The notes beneath the pieces were generated by a model that worked only from the letters and a program-made list of their open reading frames with translations, ran no database searches and had not been told where the DNA came from. A stretch of DNA of 64,000 nucleotides from positions 1-64,000 of the forward strand of contig NMRA01000629.1 of NCBI GenBank assembly GCA_002633005.1. Reading direction: 5' to 3'. The position numbers were made by a program, and so were the translations under genes. This document shows, piece by piece, positions 13,401-25,400 of the stretch (within the stretch, counting starts at the first letter, position 1; every line of letters starts with the position of its first letter). Source of the DNA: Phoronis australis. Taxonomy: Eukaryota; Animalia; Phoronida.

Positions 13401-16400
13401 CATTTTTGTCTACGGTTGTGTCTGCTTCAGATTTTTATTGATCTTTGTTCTGAAGTTTGGGAGAAGTTTCCTACATAGCTTACACTATCTAAAGATGCGT
13501 ACAAGACCCAGTCGGCTACCGCTGTGTTCCCTTTTGCCAGATTTCGTTGTTTACGTTTGCCTCTGTGTTTTCAGAGTCCATTGTTTGATTTTTGTGAAAT
13601 TTGTCAAATGCACTTCTATTAGGGACATTATAATTGTCTTCCATTTCCTTCTGGACTTGATGTATGTTGCAACACCTAGTGACTTTCTTTGTTTTTTCGA
13701 TCGCGTTTTTGTTCCTGAGTGACTTTCCCATAAGACATACCTACACGCAAGTCTGCTCATACTTAAGTCCGGTGATTAAAATCAGAAACTGGAGTGAGAA
13801 CGTCATCTGAAATAGCGCATTTATGAGCGGGCTATCGTTGACACGGAAATAGTTCCATGATTGGCTAACAATGGCCCAAATCTATTAAAGTTAGGGAGAG
13901 AGTACTTCATCGTGATTTTAGATAATTTCATATATTTATTGTTTGTTTTATGTTGTGGACTGGTTTACAATATACCCCATACGACGTTGAGATACATTTT
14001 AGTAAACAGTTTGCATTTGCAAACTGTATTTACTGATGAAGTTTTAGTTTTGTCAGTTCCTCGCACTCTCCGCAAACAGGTTGAATCTGTCATTCACCCC
14101 GTCTGAGGGTGGGCGCAGGTTGTTAAATACCGGTGCTCGGAGCGACGATAGACTGAAAACTGGTTCGAGTTAATCCTTTATTAATCCTGACCGTACGTTC
14201 ACAAGCCTACTCAAACAAAACGTCCGACGTAATGTCTGTTTATGCTCCAGCCAATGCTGCGAAGCCTTGACTTGTGATGAACTTCTGAGACACGTTCAGC
14301 AAATGTTACACTCGTTGATTCAATAACCTGCTGTCTCTATAGCTGGCTCTCTGTTGACTGTCGCTGTAACTGCTGATTCTCTTCACTGCAACTCAACTGT
14401 AATCTCCTGATTAACTTTCTTGAACTCACTGATTAACTGACTTGATGATTCTCTTGAACTGACTTGATCTTCTCTTGAACTGACTTGATCTGACTAACAC
14501 AAACCCGTGCTTGTGTATTTATAGCCTAATGCATTGTTCTGGAATTTTTCATCAATTCAAGCACATTCTAGAACTTTCCTGAATCTACCCAATCATTCTG
14601 CAAACTTATACTGGTCTCTAGAATATTCCAGACTGCATTAATCACTGTCATGCTAGAGTCTTCTACAAAAGTTTCAAATTATACTGCAGTAAACAAATTA
14701 CATCATCACTGTACTTAACTCAGGGGTCATGCCATTTAAACAGAATAACAAAACAAAACAATACAACTAAAACTATATTCTGACAATGACACGATTACAA
14801 TCTGCCGCAAACGGCATTTGTAAGGTTAGTAAACCTTTCATTTGATTTGGCTGCGTTCCCTTACAAAAATGAACTTAAGTTTTCATCGAAAAACTTAAGT
14901 TTTTGGTCTGAAAAACTTAAGTTTTCATTCCCGAAAACTTAAGTTTTTGTCGAACAAGTATTTTGGAACAAGTTTTTTGGAACGAACTTAAGTTTTCATA
15001 ACTTAAGTTTTCAAAAACTTAAGTTTTTTCAAAAACTTAAAAGTTTTTGAAAAACTTAAGTTTTGGAACACGTTTTTAGTAACAAACATAAGTCATCAAA
15101 ACTTAATTTTTTGAAAACTAAGTTTTCCGAACATAAGTTTTCAAGGAACTAACCTTTGAAAACTGAAGTTTTCTAAAAGCAATGAGTTTCAATAGGACAG
15201 ACATTTTAAAATTTCGACTTTTACTAAAACAAGAGTGGAGTACAGCAACAAATTTAATGATTCTTATAAAGTTCTATTAACATTACATTAACAGTGATTA
15301 ATTGCAGAAAATAAAATGCACTGCCTAAAATACACTAGTTTCTTAAAATAAGTGTACATAAGTGAAATATCAAAATCTTAAAAACCAGAAACATTTCAAA
15401 AATCAGTTCATCAAGTGTCATGCATACAATGCACTGAAAATTAAATGAGGCTAATAATATGTTCATTATTTGCTTCGTTCTTAATCTATGACAATTATGC
15501 GATAACTGAGGGAGCAAAATGGAATGTACAAACACAGAAATCACTACCAAATCATGAAACACAACCAAAGAAAATGTGATTACATAGCCAGGAAAGTCAC
15601 AACAAAATTCTACGATTCAACTAAAATTACAGCAATGACACCAAGAATCACAAGTCACTTAATATGCAAAATCCAAGAATATCTGCAGAGACAAAAGCAT
15701 AACATAAAACGTAACAGGTAACTACAGAAGTTTATCGACAATGGCGACAGGTCAAATTTTGGGAAGTACAATCCTTATGCTAGAAATAGTGCCTAGAATC
15801 ACCTATAATTGTTTACAACCTTAAAAATATGAATTTAAATGTCAAAGTTTCGTTTTGTTGACAATCATAATAAAAGCAAATCCAATACACTCCATGGTGC
15901 GAACAAGTTTCACTAAAAGTAACCCTAAGTACAACCTGGTTATACGAGATGGAAATTAGAAAACTTAGACCATTGACCACAAAAATATTCATTTTCCTTT
16001 AATTTAAAGCTACTGAACTTCATACAAATATAGGGCCTTTCATACTAACATCGACNNNNNNNNNNNNNNNNNNNNNNNNNNNNNNNNNNNNNNNNNNNNN
16101 NNNNNNNNNNNNNNNNNNNNNNNNNNNNNNNNNNNNNNNNNNNNNNNNNNNNNNNNNNNNNNNNNNNNNNNNNNNNNNNNNNNNNNNNNNNNNNNNNNNN
16201 NNNNNNNNNNNNNNNNNNNNNNNNNNNNNNNNNNNNNNNNNNNNNNNNNNNNNNNNNNNNNNNNNNNNNNNNNNNNNNNNNNNNNNNNNNNNNNNNNNNN
16301 NNNNNNNNNNNNNNNNNNNNNNNNNNNNNNNNNNNNNNNNNNNNNNNNNNNNNNNNNNNNNNNNNNNNNNNNNNNNNNNNNNNNNNNNNNNNNNNNNNNN

Positions 16401-19400
16401 NNNNNNNNNNNNNNNNNNNNNNNNNNNNNNNNNNNNNNNNNNNNNNNNNNNNNNNNNNNNNNNNNNNNNNNNNNNNNNNNNNNNNNNNNNNNNNNNNNNN
16501 NNNNNNNNNNNNNNNNNNNNNNNNNNNNNNNNNNNNNNNNNNNNNNNNNNNNNNNNNNNNNNNNNNNNNNNNNNNNNNNNNNNNNNNNNNNNNNNNNNNN
16601 NNNNNNNNNNNNNNNNNNNNNNNNNNNNNNNNNNNNNNNNNNNNNNNNNNNNNNNNNNNNNNNNNNNNNNNNNNNNNNNNNNNNNNNNNNNNNNNNNNNN
16701 NNNNNNNNNNNNNNNNNNNNNNNNNNNNNNNNNNNNNNNNNNNNNNNNNNNNNNNNNNNGTGGGGGGGTCCAGGAATTTGAGTTGGGGGGTTGGGGCAGA
16801 GTAGGGTTTTGCCCATCAGATATTCACCCCCTGCCCCCCAACTGCCAATTGATCTTGTAGCGTTTTAGGGGGCCGGGGCCATGGCCCCTTAGCTGTCCTC
16901 TGAATCCACCATTGAAGATACTGGCATGGTCTTCAGGAGAAGTCTTACGTAACCATAATAGTTTACAGTAAAAATAAAATTATTACCTCATGTACTACAG
17001 TAAACATAAAAACACTATATCCTGTACTCCTACCAATCACTTTACTGGCTGACATTTGCAAAGATATTAAATTGAGGTTCCAAGCAAATTTCTAGAGGGA
17101 AAAGAATATGCCCCTACACAGGCCTACAGACATGGGGAGATCATTCTAGTCAGTCCATATTCAACTCAACTCAACTCCTAGGTAAAGTTGTACCCAGATT
17201 AATTATCACTTTCGCCATGAAACTGAAATATTTGTTTTCAACAAAACCAATTGAACTCGCATTGAATGTGAAAATTTCAAGTCTGAATATGCAAACTTTT
17301 GCGACATTCTAGTATTCCACTACCCGGTAAAAATTTGAAAGGACATACTCAATCCCAAAGTCAAATCACACAGATTTTCCTTACTTGCATTGAATTATTT
17401 GGTGCGATTAGATAGGAATTATGCAAGTTTCACTGTGCTCAACAATAGTTAACATGTTGACTGGTGAGAGTTTACTTGGGTACATTATGACGTATGCCGG
17501 GGGTGGGATCGGGATGTCCTTTCGCATTCAATAACCTACATGTAGTCATCTTTCTCGAACAGTAAAACCACCGCTTAAACCATTCAATTTGGGTTTCTTG
17601 TACTGTATTTCGAAAATTTGTTGTTGTTCAAATTGTGTTCTTCCCATACTAAGGATAAATCTCATAAAACATACACCAAAGTATCATAAGGAATTCATAC
17701 TGAGCACACATACTTTCACAGAGCCTTGTTTTTAGCAGTAAAGTTGACTCTAAAGAATCTGTGACTGTTTAAATTCAACAATTGATTACCCAATTAGTGG
17801 AACATTTGGAAACGACCTTTGTGAAAGAGAAAACGGCTGGGATTACATCATTGTTTACTCAAGTTTTTTAAACCCGCTGTTGCATTAGTTTTCTCGGTCA
17901 TGTCTTACAATTCTCTTCCTGCTCAGTGAATCGTGGTGGTGACACGGGACTAGCGTTACCCTTCCAGGACTGATCCATCTTTGGTATCAGTAAGGAACTT
18001 ATATATATTTTTCAATTATCGTTGGGGTGCTGCGACAAAAGATGTTTGATGAGACAGTTGGATCACATAAATTCGAAATGGTGAGATGTTTTACTTAATG
18101 AAGAAACCATTGCAATCTTTAATGGATATTCCAGGCAACAAGTGTAAATTACTCCAACGTTTCATGCGGAGAACTCGTCGCAAACGATTTAGACTACCTC
18201 ATAAACACTCCAGTGGTGGGCAAGATCCCGGTTTCTCCGACAATGGCATTTGAGGTCGGCGGTCGACTCACCTCTATCCTCGTCAAGACCATTGGAAATC
18301 ACACGGTGGTTTACGCAGGAACAACAAGTGGACAACTAAAAAGGGTTCGTGTCAAAATATTGCCAATCCCGGCCCTCAAAATGATGGGGTGGGTCCGTTT
18401 TTCAACATATCAGTGTGGGAAGCTTTAACCTATTTTGTTGTTCAAAATGCAACAACATGGAGCTTTGATCGTTTTTAAAGGCACGTATTTGCATCGTTTC
18501 AGATTCATGTTAAATCATCGTCAAAGACGTTTAAAAACGTAACACTAGGTGATAAGCGCGTAATGGAGGACATGGTGTTTGATAACGTAAGGGAACACAT
18601 TTACGTTATGTCGGGTACAAAGGTATGATATAATGTATATGGACGATTAAGCCGAATGAAAACCAGTCGTGTTGTAAATACATAAAATACCCGTAAGTAC
18701 AGTGTACATGTATATCAGCCATTTTCAAGAGCTTTGGATTAAGAAGGTAGTCTATTCCAGGGCATTTTTTCACTGTCTCCCTCATTGCTTCGACACTTTT
18801 TGCTCCCGAATATGACATTAGAACTGTTTAGTTACCTAACTAGTGGTTGGGCTCTATTTCCCAACTGCGATTTGCTAAGTTATTCAAATTTTGCACACAG
18901 ATGTCATGCCATCCACTGTATAAGTCCTAAACTCTTCAAAGTAAGGTCATAAGTGCGTGAACTCGATTACAAACAACATTGTATCATGATTTAAGTATCT
19001 CTTAATCAATTTGTATACTTTTAATCATAATATAAACTCATTTTTTTAAAAAATCAATGTTTTGTGACGCCATCAGTGAATGCTGTCTACGCCATTGTCT
19101 TGTTCTACGCAAACCTCAGGCCGTAGTGCTCTCGAAAACTAGATTCGACTGAGTGTTAAGAAAAGTTGATTGTGCAATTGCTGCAGTATTAGCAATCGGA
19201 CGTATAGTACAGCATTTCAGTTTTTGTGTTTCCAGAAGACCCTAAGGTCTACCAAAAATGTCAGATTCGTGAAACATTAAGTGTGGCAGTACATGTTGGA
19301 GCAAGCGATTAGTTCAGGGGCCTGGCTGTGCTTTTTTGAATGAAACAATTATTAATTTAACTAACCAGTACATAGTTGTACAGCAATGCGAAATCTAATC

Positions 19401-22400
19401 AAGTACATCAAACAAATTACAAACATTATCGCATCCTACTGTTTAAAAGTTAGTTGCTAGGCAAAAAAGAAGACCCCTTGTCTGGAATCTCTTAGGACCC
19501 TATTTATAATTGTAAGTATTTTTTCCAGGTTGTGGTAATACATACCTAACGTAGAAATAACTGAATATTGGGCTTAGTCTTTTGCAGTCTTTGCCCATAT
19601 AAGTGAAATTTCGCTAACCAAAGAATTAACTTTACAACTTCTAATCTACAGGCTGGATCCCCAAACAAGGCGGTAGACATATTTAACTGCAGAGGGAAAT
19701 CGCACTGATTTATCATCCATGTTTTAAACATCCCCAAAACTTTTGAACAAGTGAACATTCCCAATGCAAATGTTGCTCACAGAAAGAACACTAAGATAAT
19801 TCACTAACACCTATTTTCTTCAATAAGAGTTTGTACCAATAAGTACGTGGTTGATACGGAACTCGAATCATCTGATTCTGACATCGAAAGTACAATGATA
19901 AATTGCAGAATAATTTTTTTCCAAGATTGCGTATCATCGCGACAGGTTTTACATACAATTTGAAAATGAATAAGTGATAGATTTTCCACGTCACTTTATT
20001 TTCCGAGGAAATGTATGTTCTGGAAAAATGGAGTGACTATAGTACTCTTGTCTATTAGATGATTCCAAGAACGAAATATTGAACTTTGATTTCCATAAAA
20101 ATGAGTAATACAAAATTGTGTAAAAGGTATGGTAATAATAAATAAATCCTTTATCAGCGTCAATTAAATGGTGTACGTATCGTATACATGTACCTTTTTG
20201 AAACCAATCTTTCCAAAACATTGAACTACTGTCTACACAAATTTTGGTAAAAAGTGCCATCTATCTCACACAGATTGATAAATTCATATAAGATACAAAG
20301 ATATCCTTACAAAAATATTTTTAGTACGGTTAGTTACTTCAAGAAAAAAAGAGGAACCTACCGAAAAGAGTCATGTTTTACATTAAGATTAGATTATCAT
20401 AAATATTAAGCCAAGGAGAAGTATTGCTATAATAATTTTTGAAGAATCTCTGAATCCAAATGATGCAATATGGACCATATTCTCACCTCCATCTTCAGAT
20501 TTTTGTACCATGGTCTTTCTAGATAAGCTACCCGAAGAGATACCCCATATATAACTCAAAAATATTTGTTCAATATCCTTAAAGGAGAATGCCACCCGAT
20601 TTAATTAGTCTTTATTACCGCCTCTTTTACGGTCGACCTTACCTTGCCGAGAGGTGTCGAGTTCACCTGTGGGGAAGGTGGAAAACGACGCAGCGACGTC
20701 AGTGGTTCGTATGCAGAATGAATGCCGCTATATTACGGTACATCTTTCCTGCTTGTTCGAAGTATAAAGCTGAGAAGAAAGCGGGTAAATCGTTTTTTCG
20801 ACTTCCTCGAGAACCCGAAATGCTTAGGAAATGGCTCGCGGTAGTGAAGAATGAAAGTTACGCTGTTAATAGCAAATATGAGGAAGTGAAACATCTCCGT
20901 GTCTGTGGCCGGCATTTCGTCGACAGTGATTTCTCTGACGAATTCCGGCTTAGCAAAGAACTATCCATACTGTCCGTTGTCTGTGCATGTTCACGGCGCT
21001 TCTAGTATTTCTCGATCAGTGCATTCCGGTTCGAAGTGATAACCTGTGAAACCTAAAGATCCGACCTGTGAAGTCTTCGTCGGATGATCTCTTGACTAAG
21101 TCGGGATTGGCGCCGTGTGAATTGCCATGTAGACGTTTTTTAAACTGCGTTCTGTTTCAAAATGTATTAGTTTCACCCTAACCAATGCTTCTATAAAACT
21201 GAAACAAAGGCTGTCTCATTAGATACAATTTGTAATGCCTTGGCAGTATTCGTGGGTGCAAATGTTGAGGAGCCAGCAATGAGCAAACCACTGCGTTACC
21301 GGCTAATGATGATGGCACCAAATTAAGGTAATTGACCGGGCACCGAAGCCATGTGAGCGCATGCTAATTCAGGGTTTGCTGACAAAAAGCTGTTTTGAAA
21401 CAATTACTTGATTTCATATGCTATGGTCACATGTTAGGGGAATCTTTATTTAGAAATACAAATACAATATCCAAATCATTGTTACTGAACAACATTTGCC
21501 CTGACGGTCTGTGGTAGAGGAACCGGACTTTGCAGCCCCCGAATAGTAAGTAGATTTTCCGTTTCCTGGCTAATTCACACAAATAATTACATGCACGTTA
21601 TTTTTTGGCTCACTATTATAGTCTTTTCGTGAATAGAGGTTTAGTTTCCAACTCAAGTTGTTTTATGTTCGTGCAAATCCCGGCGGGCGCGACGAGCTTG
21701 ATCAGGTTCCGAGCCACTGGCCCGGATAACGAGTCAGTCCAATCGCGACGGGCCTGATCGGGTTCCAAGCCACTGGCCGGAATAACAAGGGTTTTGTCTA
21801 AATTACACAGATCTAAATTGTGCTATCTGTATTTCACGGAAAATACTACGAATTTATCTCCGAACAGACCCCAAACTAATACTAGGGACCGTGGTAAATT
21901 GGCCTGCGGAACTTTGCAGGCTACGGTTTGTCCAAATACCAATAAATTCGTAACAACGAAATAAAACAACACGTTTTTGCAGAACTCGGTGTATTTGTAA
22001 GGGTTTTTCATCGAAGTTTGATGATTTATTGGTGTTAAACTATGAATTCAAGCGATAAATTGACACCAATGACCCGTGTTGTGAACTGCTGAACAGACTG
22101 CGTGTGAAACCAATGACGTCATTGGATAATTTCAACACCTCCGTCTGTCAGTTAACGCAACCGAACCTGCCGTTATCGAGTAGAATTACTCGATTTTAAT
22201 TGATAAAATATTGTTTTTTGGGTGGCATTCTCCTTTTAAAAATCTAGCACTTGGAAGTGGAAGTGTGTAAAAGAGGTGATTCAGTTTTGGTAATGAAAAT
22301 GATTTGACAACCGATATCTTAATAAAGGTGGTTAAATTTCTTTTTGACCAATTTTCAATGCCTTTTGTCACCGCTCGTTAAATTTTGCACCGTTGTTTAA

Positions 22401-25400
22401 GTGATTTATGTCCCGTAAGTTGCCATAGAAGGTAATTCCAAGGGATGTAAACTCGGAATTCTTCCATTTTAAATCTTTTTCACATCAAAGCTGATCACTA
22501 GCTATAACATATCTTATAGCCAATCCAAATACAAACAGTTTTATTGATGTTCAGTGGCTGTCAAACCAGAATACGTAACAAATTGACGCGGTGCTTAACC
22601 CATTTTGAAGAATCTGGATTCGACTCGTCGGAGATTTGCTGAAGGTGTGTCCAGCGTGAAAGTGCATTTGATACAGAAAAAGTGCATTGTGTTTTGCCTC
22701 TGCTGGGAACGTATTTGTCATACGTGCATGGAGTATGAGCCTCAGCCTCAATCTCTAACTGAAATAATGACGTGAATGTAGTTTCCATTAGTCTATTCTT
22801 CAAGATTTTGTTTGAATGCATGCTATCTTTGCATTAATATACGTCAATACCCAAAAGTATATAATGGGAGGTATATGTACATGTACATGTACATGTAAAT
22901 GCCATGCAAATAGTTTGAAGTCACGACTGCAGCCGCCACCTAGGGTGAATTTGCCAGACACTGGACCGAAATCATTAAAGAATCTCAACGGTATTAAGCT
23001 TTCGTATTTTTCAACACACAAGACTGAAACGAGTATCATTTACCAGAAATAAAATGCTTTTAGTATCACTACAATTAGATATGATAATTCCTGGAAAACG
23101 CTTCTGTCATTGGAAGAAATGAAAGCAGTGTCCGCTAATCGCGGGTTTTGCCAGTTAGGTATAAGCTTCGGTTACATTATTTAAAATTGAAATGGCTATG
23201 ACATTAATTCGCAATTCAATATAATGTTTTAATTTCCACTCTGGAATCAGGACTGTCCGCAGACTGAGTATTCTTTGACTTGACTTAACTCGCCGGTATT
23301 GCGGGAGGGTCAAGTTCGTACGGCCTCAAACGAGAAAAATTTTCCTGTTTCACCTACTGTATATGTATGGCCTGAGTGTCTCTTCACCCTCATCTTCATA
23401 CCTGTATTCTTCGAGCTGGCTCTTTACGTCTTCTTAAGTTAGGAAATCATTACTACTTACCCTTGCATATATACTGTCAATTGATCTACGTCTTCAACCG
23501 ATGACGTCACGCAGCTGGAAACCAAAAATCATCAAAATCTCTAAACTATTCTCAAAATTTGTGCTCATTTAGCTACATGTAGATGTTGTGCTATAACTTT
23601 TTGCACTGTTAAAAAATCAAAAATTGCACTGTAGGAAAGCTTTAATGTGAACGCGTCTCGCCAGCAAAGTGGTCACTTGACAAAACAAGGTACATGTAAA
23701 CGGTGGTTTTGAACAAAGCGTAATAGGTTACATCATTGCCTCTATTTCAGCACATGGCCGACAGAGAACGGCGAAATTTGGTGATTCGTAAGGAAATCAC
23801 AAAAACAAAATAAACATGAGTCTATTATTATGGAAAATGTCGAGTCGCCCGATCAGTCATACCACAAAAAACAACCATACAAGGGTTTTACAAATTTCGT
23901 AATGGCACTCGTTCTTTGTACAGCACTTTTCAGGTTTCTTTTCCACCACCTCCAGGTTCAATTGTTCGCTGCCGGAGCTAAATCTCAGTTGGACATTGGC
24001 GTGCCCATGGATGGCAGCGAGACGACTTGTAATAACATCACAAAGACACAATAGATTGTATGGCTTTATACCTAATGTCAAATCCAAACACGTCTACATG
24101 TCTAACCCGTCCGACAACAATCGTCAGTTTAAGCCACTGGACATCTTTTTGATCATAATTCCTATCTGCAATTTCTTTAAATTCCTCGGAGTGAGAAGAT
24201 ACACAATTTTAAGACTACATCTGTACGACTTTTGTAGGAGAAATTCAGTTATTTTGATTCAATTCAAATTAATTAAACTATTTCCCAAATAAAATACCGT
24301 ATCATTTGTTACGTTTTTGCAACAAAATTGGTAACTACAATGCACATGTATGTAGTTTTCAACTAATGAACGTTTTTGAAGTTCCATTTGTCGATTTACT
24401 CTACTAAGATACACATTCCAAAGTCATATTTTTGTAACATGAAAATTGGAACTCAGAATTGAACCTAACTAGACGTTGGCGCATCGATGTCGATATCGAA
24501 GTCTGTCGCTCCAGCATCTCCACTCGATCACTTGTACAGTTTGATAAAGCGTCACACTCTTACAATTTCCACATCTCAACGCCATATTATTGTGTTGATG
24601 ATCTAAGCCTTAATTTTCAGCCTCTAGTCTTCATAAAGGCCCAGGTTTTACGAAAACAAATGCTAGAAACATATGGATGTCAACCACTGGAAGCGTTGTG
24701 CAGGCTACGCAATGATTTTCTGCTTCTTTCTTTTGCAGCTGCACAAAATAGCGACTTACGAATGTAATTTGTTAACTTCCTGTGCAGAGTGCGTAGGATC
24801 ACGTGACCCTCACTGCGGATGGTGTACGCTGGAAAACAAGTAAGTTTGTCAGTACGTGGTCATTCAAGGCGTCACAGCTATTTCCTTAGCATATCAAATT
24901 CTCTCGGTTTCCTGCGATTATTCCAAGTGGGAGTACACCTCGGTGCTCGCTCTAGGAGTAACCCCCTGCTTGGCCGTGGGTGAAGCCCTGACCTGGCTTT
25001 GGGAAAAAAATTAAGCTAACATGGGAATGCCACTGAGCTGGCTATGACAGTATTCCGAATTGGACCTCTGGCATTGCAGTACCTAAAAGTGGCTGTAGCT
25101 GGAAATATCATCAGAGACGTCCGTTTTTGGCTTAAAAAATCTAGGCTCACTACACCAGATCCAATTTTGTTACAAAAGGGATGATTAATTACAACACTGT
25201 TGCTCAGTTTGATAAAGGAATATTGTTGACATTTTAGTATTAAAATATCAATCAAAAGGATGGATATGCTATTTATTTTTCTTACATTTTATTTCAATAT
25301 TATTTACAGTATCTGCAGTTTTTCATCCATTTATCTTACAGCACACATCACGAAATTTTGGCCGCCCGGTCGGAAATTGGTCGACGACTAGCCGTCGACC

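Larger units (their letters stand above)
19050..23646 (+). mobile_element. THAP-bearing TTAA-type DNA transposon family B, copy 1, interrupted by a LINE at 19331-22556
   Basis: Decayed THAP fragment [15 protein letters not shown] at ~19215-19260. 19215-19320 plus 22560-23646 is colinear with the uninterrupted copy at ~54080-55276. Right end GTAGGAAAGCT-TTAA; left end approximate. Confidence 0.55.

Noticed and set aside
14870-15175. CRISPR-like array of palindromic repeats
   Set aside because: Eukaryotic intron, repeats only 10-14 bp, spacers short and repetitive, no cas genes.
16040-16816. 258-aa ORF
   Set aside because: It runs through the N gap and is an artefact. Exons 2 and 3 join in frame with plausible Sema sequence, so no missing exon is required, though one cannot be excluded.
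20589-21005. Host THAP-domain gene nested in the intron
   Set aside because: It lies between transposon TIRs, lacks the first zinc-binding Cys in frame, and the sister copy is disrupted.
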